Below the pieces are notes generated by a model. That model was given only the letters and a program-made list of their open reading frames with translations. It was not told where the DNA came from and searched no databases. This document shows positions 1 through 10,830 of a stretch of DNA of 64,000 nucleotides, piece by piece (position 1 is the stretch's first letter; each line of letters starts with the position of its first letter). Location of the stretch: assembly GCF_009914755.1 (NCBI RefSeq), contig NC_060935.1; one strand, given 5' to 3'. The translations under genes and the position numbers were made by a program. The DNA is from the human T2T-CHM13v2.0 reference genome, Homo sapiens.

Positions 1-204
1 GGCCAAACTAGAGGCAAAATACTATAACAGGTTGTCGAACTGAGAACACCCAGGATAAGAAGAGGGGGAAAGAGGAAGGAACTATAAAAAGCGGTGAGGT
101 TAAGGGAAAGAGTTACAGGTCTTACTCAGTGTTATTTCTTTAAACTAAAAGAAATCTAGTATCAAATTATTATTATTATTAATTAGCGGTAGTAGTAAGT
201 AGTC

Positions 205-430
205 CCATGTGAGAGGCAGCTCAGCATAGTATAAAACCACTGGCTTGACCAAGGGTTCAAAGTAGAGTTTTGCCATTTATTGTCTCTGTGACATGGGTAA
301 GTCATTGAGCTTATTTGAGCTTCCCTTTCTCACCTTTAAAAAGGGTGCTTACTGCTTATTTGCTTGCGGATTCAATGTCTTTACAAAGGTAAAACCTTTA
401 GAGGGTGCCTACTCACAGCAAACACTCCAT
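205..430 (+). mobile_element. MIR SINE
   Basis: Core-like tgtgacatgggtaagtcattgagc...tttctcacctttaaaaaggg; boundaries approximate. Confidence 0.6.
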
Positions 431-1389
431 AAATGTTACCTATCGCTGATTTTTTTGTATTGTGGTTATTATTGCAGTTGTCAAAAGGGTACGTTGAGAT
501 AAAATATATAAAATAACTCACTACTATTGCTACCATACAACTGGTACTCAAAAAAGTGGCAGTCTCCTTCATTGCTTTAACTTTCCAGGAAAACCCTACT
601 CCAACAGTTATTTGTTCTCCCATAGCTTTGAGAAATATATGAACTTGGTTTGATTCTCAATTCTGAGCATGTCACTGCATAAGTAAGAATTAAGTAAGTA
701 CAGTGTTCCCAATATGGAACACACAGTATTAAGACTTCAAAAGAGGTAAGTCCTTGAACTTGGCAAGCAATCATGTACTTTGAACAGAGCTTCTTAACAA
801 ATATTTGTATCCAAAGGCCAGATATGAGTTTCCGTCACCTTGCCTATGAAGAAGAAAAAGATGTGTCACCTGGCCCAGATCACCATCCCTGGGTGGGCAG
901 AATCGAGAGATCTGGAATGGCGTATGTCACTGCTAAGACCTTTGCAACAACAGTTAGATTAAATCAAAGCTAGATTTAAACACATCTATGGCCGGGACAA
1001 GTGACCAGGAGTGTGGGTATTCAAGGCGTTTTAAAGATCCTCTACCAGTGAGCTGTTACTGACTGAAGATGATTCTTTTGTTTTTGCTTTTGTTTCTTCA
1101 TTTCCGAAAAAGGACTTGTAAATTCTCTTTCAAAAACAAAGATCTGTTTCTAAGAGATGAGAGGAATAATGCAAAAATTGCATGAATGCAGATGAAGTTG
1201 TTCCACTGAAAAATTGATCACTACAGCCAGACGATTTGCTGGAAGAACAAAATTCCTTAGTTATTACAACTTCAATACCTATATACAATGTAGCATTACA
1301 GAGAAGTACAAATAAAATTAACCCTTGTAGCAAGTTACATTATGAAACATAGCAACTTGTCCTTCTCACTCTCTACCACCAGACGTATG

Positions 1390-1848
1390 ATAGATATTAG
1401 TGGTTTTGTCTCCAGCACATAATTCCTGTTACCTCTCAATAGCCCCTGAGTTCCATCTGGGGGTGCACTGACCCTCTACTCCCTTACCTTAAAGCCAATG
1501 ATAGTTTATGAGTAGAAATATGACATAAGCTAATCTAATCAGCTGTGATCTCAGGGTGCTCACTGGGAGTGCTGGGACAAAACTGTGGAAATTTCTATGG
1601 TGATATTTGAGGGAATGCAAAACAATGGCTTGATTAAAATAGCCCATGAAAGAGGACTATGCCAAGAGAAATATAGGGAAAACAGAGCAGGAGTCCCTGT
1701 GACATTGGGAACATCTGGATCAAACTACACCTGAACTCCATGTACTGTAGGACTTTTCAATTACATATGTCAGCAAATTCTCTTTTTTGCTTAACCTCGC
1801 TAGACTTTTCCCTTCTTATGTCAAATCCAAGGCATCACAACTGAGACA
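1390..1848 (+). mobile_element. Old MaLR LTR (MLT1J/K-like)
   Basis: Typical 3' part ctggatcaaactacacctgaa...ggacttttcaattacat...aactgagaca. Confidence 0.5.
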
Positions 1849-2149
1849 GGTCCAAGAGATCAGTCCCAAAAGAAAACTCGAATATGGATGGATAAAAATC
1901 ATCTACCCAGAATAAATGCAACAAATCTGTTTCATTGATCTCATCAATTCTACTTTCCAAACTACAGCGCTATACAGAAAACAACAGGAATTACACCATT
2001 GCGCATTCAGAAACTCATTTTCTTATGCCATATTTCCATTTTTATTAAACAATCTGCCTATAATTACTTTTAACACCTTTCTTCTGGAGGCATATGCTTA
2101 GTAATTATTTTACAATATTGTTGTAAGAAAATCTCTTATCTTTTTACAA

Positions 2150-2350
2150 ATAATAGCTTGAGTATTTCCATGTGCCAAGCACTTTGCTAAAAGTTCTATG
2201 TGAATTATTTCAATTCTAACTCACTACAATCCTGCATTATAATCACGCTTATGTCACACATAAGAAAGTTGAGGTTCAGAATTATAAATAAATTGCCTGA
2301 AACCACAGATCTAAGAGGTAACAGAGCTTTTACTAGTCTGCCTTCCATGT
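2150..2350 (-). mobile_element. MIR SINE
   Basis: tgtgccaagcactttgctaa...aagttgaggttcaga pattern. Confidence 0.55.
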
Positions 2351-3741
2351 CTGTGCTGTTATGTCATTCATCAACCTTGTGGACTCATGGGGTGTTCTAA
2401 ATAAGAGACAGGCACAGTGCCTGACATACAGTTAGTACTCAGTATATGGCATTTATTAGTATTACTTATGGGACTATGCTCTGGGAGATATAATTTCATT
2501 TTAAAATCTTTAGTATATGAATCTGAGAAAAAGTAAAGTGTTCCTTTTTATCTAACAAATAAGTCCTTGATGATTTACTCGGCCCTGAACTACTCACCCT
2601 TTCTTTCAGGTGAGTATCTGTGCATATTTGCAGGGAAGTCTAGATACAGTTTCAGTGCCAGCCCTGGGAAAAAAAGGAAACATCTGGGTGCCAGCACCCA
2701 CTGGCTGCCTGAAATCCATCTGTGATGCTCAAAATTCTTAGTATTTCCTCTCAATAAACACCTAGGGGATACGCTGGGCCTCATCCCTGGCTGGACTGAA
2801 AGGCCCAGAGGAACCTTACAATGAACAGTAGACAGAGAGAGATGGGACTGAAGGCTTTAATACAGACAGAGTCTCTGTCCCTTCTTGGCTTCAGTGAACA
2901 GCAGAAGGGTTGGACCTGAAGTGATGGCGCTGTGCCGGCAAAGCACTTTGGCACATGCCGGGATATGAAAGGCTCTAATGAGACCCATTTCACAATTCAC
3001 TGGCCACGTGCATTAAGCAGGCAAAGATTTCTTCTTAACATCCCTGTAATATATCCTATGGCTCAGGTCTGCGACACGGTCCCGCAACAGCCCAGTAAAC
3101 CAGATCTTACTATCCTCTCACTCATCTTCCCTTGGCAGGAAAGTAAGCTAAAGGAGAGGCAGCAGCATAGCTATAAAGAGACAGGAGGCATTTCCAACTG
3201 CAGATCTCTCTCGGGGTCTACAGGAACCTTCCAGAGACCTGCAATGCATGCTAATCCTTCCACTGGTTAAGAGAGTGGGCTCACTCATAGTAAAGTCATT
3301 GTTCTTTCTAATTGTCAGAGACTGCTGCTCTGCACTTGCCTGGAGCGATTCAATTAACATATCGCCACAACACCAACCATTATAATATGTTCTGTGTCCT
3401 ACCAACAAGGGAAAGCCCCAACCCTGCTTCCATCCACAGCTTCCGTTTAATTAGGTCTTTAATACGTAAACAGACGGGGGAAAACAGAAACCCGGATAGA
3501 AGACTATATGTCTGACTCGCATTCTGTCTAAAAGCGACCTTTTGGAGTTGGAATTTTTTGTTGTTAATAGGGAATGGTAGAGGGACTTGAGAACAAAAGA
3601 AAGGACAGAGGGAGGAGAAAAGGGATGGGGAGGACTAAGGATGAAGGCGGATAGGGATGGATGCAGAGAGGGTGAGAAAGAGAGGGAAAGGCTGCTTGCT
3701 GCTTTGGGGAATTGAAAAACATGTAACTTCTGCTGGAAACT

Positions 3742-3755
3742 ATTGCCATGGCAAC
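3742..3755. promoter_or_regulatory. RFX X-box
   Basis: ATTGCCATGGCAAC, 13/14 to the palindrome GTTGCCATGGCAAC, in a repeat-free block next to a purine-rich tract. Confidence 0.55.
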
Positions 3756-4638
3756 GTTCAAAACAATACAGAGAAAGCCTTCACAGTTCCATTCTTGCCT
3801 TCCTGCACACCACTGTGTAGATGTTAACTCTTTTAGGGTGGCTTCTGACTTTTTGCCTTTTCAGTTAGTAAAAATCGGAGTCCTCTAGATCCCTCCCCAT
3901 AATGTGTTTGAATTCATTCATCCACACACGTGCTGTGGTCTCTGCTGAGGTGAGCCTCTCTAGAGATCAGCTAACTAAGCTATGGGCATTCTTTCTGCCC
4001 AGATTAGAACAGCTGCGCCAGGATGAGCTCTCTCCCCGCAAACTCTTTCTCAATCTCTCTCTCTCTTTCCCCTAAGGTTGTAAAAATCGGCACACTCTGA
4101 GATTTGGCTCAGGTTCAACTGTAAAATCATTCAGGAGAGGCACATCTCTACATTTTCAAGTGTCATGCACCTTTTTCAGAACATTCATATCTTAGTTATT
4201 GAAGTTCCCACCATCATTATCAAACCATTAGTTGAAAGAAAACATGTCCATTGCCCTGAAATTAAATTCCTTAGTACTACAGTTCTTTAGATTAATAACA
4301 AACAAAAATGATCAGCTGCACGGACAATAAGATGTCTTTTAAAGCATCACAAATAAATCTGTCAACTTGTTCTAGGCAGGACCACATCGATGATAACAGG
4401 TTATTTTAATAATTAGGGAACTGTATTAGTTATCATCAGAAAAAGGCTTTCTTTTTTAAAAATCTGTGGACCCCCACTCCCACACACACACTCCTACTTT
4501 AGCAACAAATAAACACATATAATTGGATAGCTAAATTCTCCTACATTCCCAATGTGACTTGGTCAAAATTGATGAGCTAAAGCAAATGGATCCCTCCCAA
4601 GAAGTTGTCTTGGGAGGTTGCCTACAAGTGTCATCTCA

Positions 4639-5072
<434 letters not shown>

Positions 5073-6251
5073 CTAAAATTTGTTGAAAGGATTAAAAGAA
5101 ATCACTGGATTTCAAAAGCAGGATGAAGCATGACTATTAGTGCTTTATCATCTGCTATTATTAGAGATTAATAATATTAATCTCTAAACTGGAAATAATC
5201 TAAAACTAGAAGAAAAACTTTAAAAAAGAACTATTAATGTAAAAACACAAATACTCCAGTTCAACATATTTAAGACATTTCTCTTCAAAATTGCAAGATA
5301 AAATTAAGCCATAATTAAATAATATCCTATCATTTACCACTTTCCTTCATGTGATCCAGTGTTTTCTGCTGCTCCTCAGGAGAGAAAGGAGGAAATAACC
5401 TTCTGTAGCATGGAGTCAAATTATTATATCCATGAATGTATGTATGCCTGGCTCCCACAAAGCCAGGTGTTCACATGTTGTCAAAAACGATTGCAGCTCA
5501 TGATTTTCTATATTTAATGAAGGTACTTTTATTAGGGAGATATTTTTTAATCTCTTGTTATATTAGTCCATTTATGGACATTACTCAAACTTAAAATTTA
5601 CATTCTCTTCTTTGATAATCATTCATGAGTAGGAAGGCCTGCTTCATACAACTGTGAGGCGTGTGCAATGCACAACTGCAAGGACCACCTTGATTTTTGT
5701 GACCAGCAGACTTCATGAACAACGTCAGTGAGGACTGTACATTACCACACCTACAGTAAGCCTATGAGAAGCTATGCATTGGAATATTAAATTAGCACTA
5801 AAATATATTTAAAGAACTATTTTTAAAAATGAGATCCTCAAGAACAGCTATTATCAATATTTCAAAAAGCCAACTAGATTTCATACACATACCCATGTAC
5901 TTGCACAAGGTAATTAAATCACCTTTGCTTTTGGCTCAATTTATATAAAATCATTTGATTTAAATGTTCATCTAGTGCACTTCAAAAAATGATAACTGCC
6001 AGGTACATGTTGTCTATTAGTAAAAGTAAAAAAAAAATTGCAATGTTTTATTATGCAAAGTAGTTATGAAAAATGGGTCCCTACAGGAAAAATAATAAAA
6101 CTTAATCTTAACAATAAGAATATTGGGAAAATAATGGCCTATATCACTAACTGAATTAAAGAAATTTCTTTACCTTAAAGATGTGTTAGATCAGGCCACT
6201 CATTTATTAGTTCTCCCCAGATACACTGAAAATCTCTATGCACTATGTTAG

Positions 6252-6603
<352 letters not shown>

Positions 6604-6922
6604 AATGGGATCCACATTCTAAAAGAAGCCACAATTTACTGGGTTTTTGCCAAATACATATAACAATAGTAAGAGCTATCACAAATATATGAACAAAATG
6701 TTTGTGTACAGAGGACAGGGAGATCAGTGGGCTTAGGGGAGCTGGGAAAGATGTTCCCAAAGGAGGTAACTTGCTCTGAGACTTGACATATGAAGATCAT
6801 ATCCTAGGTAAATGGATTAGCTCTCCCCAAGTTTGCGTTCAAACTAGGCTGGCATGTCCCCAGAGGACTAAAACATTTAGCATGGCAGGCAGATGGGAGA
6901 GGGCATGAATAGGCTGGCTGGC

Positions 6923-7176
6923 CTGTGCTGTTGAGAAGAGTCTGGATTTCATTCTAAAAACATATTTCAAGAATATAAAGAGGATGTTCAGCATTACTTG
7001 TTGGATGATATATCTAGAGGAAGAACGAGTAATAGACTATCTGAGGAAGACTGTGCTGTTGAGAAGAGTCTGGATTTTATTCTAAAAACATATTTCAAGA
7101 ATATAAAGAGGATGTTCAGCATTACTTGTTGGATGATATATCTAGAGGAAGAACGAGTAATAGACTATCTGAGGAA
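6923..7176 (+). repeat. Tandem duplication, 128-bp period, 2 copies
   Basis: ctgtgctgttgagaagag...ctgaggaa at 6923 and 7051, one internal mismatch. Confidence 0.95.
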
Positions 7177-7371
7177 AAATTGGCATTATCAGAAAGACTA
7201 GTTAGAGACAATCTAGGAGAGAAACGCTAGAATCTGGACCAAGGCCATAGCGAGATAGACCAAAGCTGACTTTAAGATAGTGAGTAGATTGGATTTGATG
7301 ACTGGTTGGATAGGAGGGATGTTAAAGAGATACTGACATCATTTAAAACTGTAAATATCCAAGTTTTTATT

Positions 7372-7440
7372 TTTTCTAAGTGAGGATTAAGGAGTTAAAA
7401 AAAATATGTTATGTTTTCAGCACAGTGCCTGGTGCATATC
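7372..7440 (+). repeat. Third partial copy of the same segment (direct to ~8552-8618, inverted to ~7674-7739)
   Basis: ttttctaagtgaggattaagg...ttttcagcacagtgcctggtgcatatc. Confidence 0.88.
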
Positions 7441-7543
7441 TAGGTTTCTGGAGAAAAAATAACCAGTTATAGATGGAGTATTAAGTTTGCAAGGCTTGTA
7501 GGAGACTCAGGTAATTAAGTGCGATCTTGCTAGCAATGGACAC

Positions 7544-7747
7544 TTATGTAGGGTTTGGTACTATCAGTGGTTTCGGGCATCCACTGGGGATCATGGAATG
7601 TATCTCCTCCACCAACAAGAGGCACTACTGTAATTTAATAAAAACAGTAGTAACCACCATTTCTTGAGCATTTGATATGCACCAGGCACTGTACTGAAAA
7701 TATAACATGTATTTTTTTCCTTAATCCTCACTTAGAAAACAGAAACA
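7544..7747 (-). repeat. Inverted copy of 8544-8749 (MIR end plus MER44 start)
   Basis: Reverse complement aligns along ~200 bp with scattered mismatches. Confidence 0.92.
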
Positions 7748-8439
7748 GCATACACAGGTTAGCCAGGATTTGAGATTCCTCTCTCAAAAAACCCCCAGCT
7801 TATGTCTTTCAGGAATGCAGAGAGACTGGGAGTAGAAGTGACTCAAAGGGGGAAGCCCTCATTATTTAAGGAGAAGATTAGGAAAACAGAAGGAGGATAA
7901 AGTGATATCAATAAAGTGATCAATGAGGAGTGCCTCAAACCCTTGGAAGAGTTTCAGGAAACCAGAGGCAGGTGATGGGATCGTATTACAGAGAGATCAA
8001 ACACAAGAAGGACTAACATCAGGTGTTGGGTCCCCACAATGAGGACCTCATCTGGTTTACAGCACATCGTATCTAAACTCTAACCTTACTATTAGCATTG
8101 ACCATATTTCTCATATAATTATAAATTTCTAGATGCCTTATAACATTTTGCAAAATCTTTCTCTCCATTAGATATGTTCAGTGAGTTGGGACAATTTTGC
8201 CTAAGTCTTTCTTAGAAGTCACTTCTATACTTAAGGGCATACTTGGAAATGACTGAGGACTGACAAATATACGGAAGGTATATGTGACCTAAGCAGCTGG
8301 AGAACTTTCATTTCAGGAAATAGGGGAAAGGGAAACTGCAGACATCTCAAGCCCAGTGAAAACATTCAGATTGAGTACCTGGTTACATAATAGTGAACTG
8401 CTATGTTTATTTGTTACCAAGTCAACAAGTTTGACTTTA

Positions 8440-8645
8440 CTGATTCTGATTTTGGGTTCTCAAGTCAGCAGATACGCAGTTCCTATTCCCAGCCTCACCA
8501 TTTAGTTGCTATACAACCTTAGACAAATCACTTAGCCTCTTTGTGTTTCTGTTTTCAAGTGAGGATTAAAGAAAAAAAAATACTTGTTATATTTTCAGTA
8601 CAGTGCCTGGTGCATATCAAATGCTCAAGAAATGGTGGTAACTAC
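8440..8645 (+). mobile_element. MIR SINE
   Basis: cccagcctcaccatttagttgctatacaaccttagacaaatcacttagcctct...cagtgcctggtgcat. Confidence 0.65.
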
Positions 8646-8661
8646 TGTTTTTATTAACTTA

Positions 8662-8950
8662 CAGTAGTGCCTCCTTTTTGGTAGAGGAGATACATTCCGT
8701 GATCCCAAGTGGATGCCTGAAAACACTGATAGTACCAAACCCTACATAAACTATCATTTTTCCTGTAAAGATGTATGTATGACAAAGTTTAATTTATGCA
8801 TTAGGCACAGTAAAAATTAACAACAATTATAACAACATACTGTAATAGAAGTATGTGAATGTAGTCTCTTTCTCTTAAAATCTCTGCTCGGTTGACCACA
8901 GGTAACTGACACCACCAGAAGTGAAACTGCAGATAAGAAGGGACTACTAG
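8662..8950 (-). mobile_element. MER44A-like Tigger (TcMar) DNA transposon
   Basis: Termini cagtagtgcc.../...gggactacta; internal gtggatgcctgaaa...gatagtaccaaaccctac and ggttgaccacaggtaactga. Confidence 0.8.
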
Positions 8951-9264
8951 ATACTTGTAAACCCGGGAAGTGTTGAAAGCTTTCCTAAGTGCAGAAAGCT
9001 CTCATAAGCCTGTGGCAAAGTTGAAAGAAAAGTACATTAACTTTACATAAGTTTTTCATTATTTTTAGACTTCATTATGAATTTGATTGACATTGAAAAC
9101 CATGATCAAAAATAACATCACCAACTTGGATAGCAAAGTTGGCAGGAAATCTTTATTTATATGCTCCATAAAAGTAAAGCAAAACACTCACAGAATCTTA
9201 AATGTTAAATCTTCCCATTTCTGTTTTAAATAACCAAAGATTTCAAAGAAAAGAAAGTGGGCTA

Positions 9265-9470
9265 GCAATTATTGAGTGCCAGTCATGTGCCAAATACTTA
9301 AGACATTTTATTGCTCCCAAAATAACTGCAAAAAATAAAGTCAATTTTACAATTGAGGAAACCGAGGATTAACAAGGTTAATTGACAAATTTAGGGGCCC
9401 CAGCTAACAGGTGATGAAACAAAGTTGAAATCCAAGGTTTGTCTATTCCAAATCTTGAAGTAGTTCCCCT
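9265..9470 (-). mobile_element. MIR SINE
   Basis: attttacaattgaggaaaccgagg core. Confidence 0.6.
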
Positions 9471-9853
9471 ACAAACTGAGCATTTCCTTCACCTTTTTAC
9501 CCACATATCTGCCATTTTAACACAATTCTGCCTTTCTCACTGAATACTATGGGATTCTTCTCCACATTTTAATAACTAGTTTCCTAAGAACAATAATTAT
9601 ATATTTTTAATTTTGGGAATACTAAATTCCAAGGTAGTCAATTATGAACTCAGGATCCTAAAATCTTAGTGCTTGAAGTAACCTTAGTTTTTACTTGATC
9701 TAACAGAAGAGAATATAGAACCTAGAGAGGTAAGTTGAATTGTACAAAATGTCACAATTCATTAATGACAACACCAAGAATAAGAAATACACACTGCATC
9801 ACATGACTTTCAGACCTCAGGTTTTCCAACATAAGGAAGCAACTTAATGTCAC

Positions 9854-9857
<4 letters not shown>

Positions 9858-9892
<35 letters not shown>
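9858..9892. repeat. (TG)n microsatellite, ~17 units
   Basis: Direct reading. Confidence 0.95.
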
Positions 9893-9894
<2 letters not shown>

Positions 9895-10629
9895 TCCATC
9901 AGTATACTCGTTGGCTTTTGTTACTAAGCTTCTATAAATTCCCCAAAGCCAGGCTTCTGGTATATATGTGCGTGCCTGCGTGTGTTTGCATACACTCTTG
10001 TATGTGCATGCATTTGAGTTATTTAGAGGAGGTGTTTCTCAGACGAAGTTCATTCAAGCAGTATTTATTGCATGCATACTACTTGCCAGCCATTCTTCTG
10101 AGGTGCTGAGGACATAACAAAACCTTTGCATTCAGAAAGTGTTATAAGCACAGTGTCTCAGCCACAAGATCAGCCTAATTAAATTTCAATGGTCAAATTA
10201 ATATTTCTCCACAAAAATTATTTTGAAGAAATGAAAGATGCAACTGATTCTTGACCTTCTTAGGGAATCTTCTAAGATACCATTTACAGATCATTCATGT
10301 TTTTATGCCTGTATTATAAAGTATGTGACATTCTAACCAAAGTTTATATGACACAGAATATATTTTCCACAATTCACAAAGTATATTTCAATCTTTACTG
10401 ACGAAATGGCATTCACTAAGGCACTTCTATATATGTTTTAAAATGGCAGGACCTTACCAAAAATGGTCATATCTATTTATATGTTACTCCAACCTTAATC
10501 TTGTCTATATATTTCTTCTTTCTTAGTCTATGCCAATGTGAACTTAGAGTAACAGCTTCCCTCCAACAGAGTCCATATCTGTTTTTCTGCAAATCTAAAC
10601 TAAAATCATAGATGATCCATTTAAATGTG

Positions 10630-10830
10630 CATTTATTGAATGCTTGCTGTGCGTGGCATATGCAATCTGATCTCATCCTCACGGCAGACAGTTCCATGCA
10701 GTTGTTATTACCTCTATTTTACAGATAAGCAAACAGGCTCAGAGAGGTTAAATGATGCATGTAACACACGTGGCCCAGTGGGAAGCTGAGTATTTGAATT
10801 CACTTAAGATGCTAGAGTCCAAGTTTCACC
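10630..10830 (-). mobile_element. MIR SINE
   Basis: attttacagataagcaaacaggctcagagaggttaaatga core. Confidence 0.7.

Larger units (their letters stand above)
6630..8040 (+). mobile_element. Degraded L2 LINE, interrupted by local duplications
   Basis: L2-like motifs (ggatttcattctaa, ggatttgatgactggttggataggaggga); boundaries approximate. Confidence 0.5.

Noticed and set aside
4311-4331. RE1/NRSE-like ATCAGCTGCACGGACAAT
   Set aside because: Mismatches in the core CAGCACC and at GGACAG; too degenerate to call
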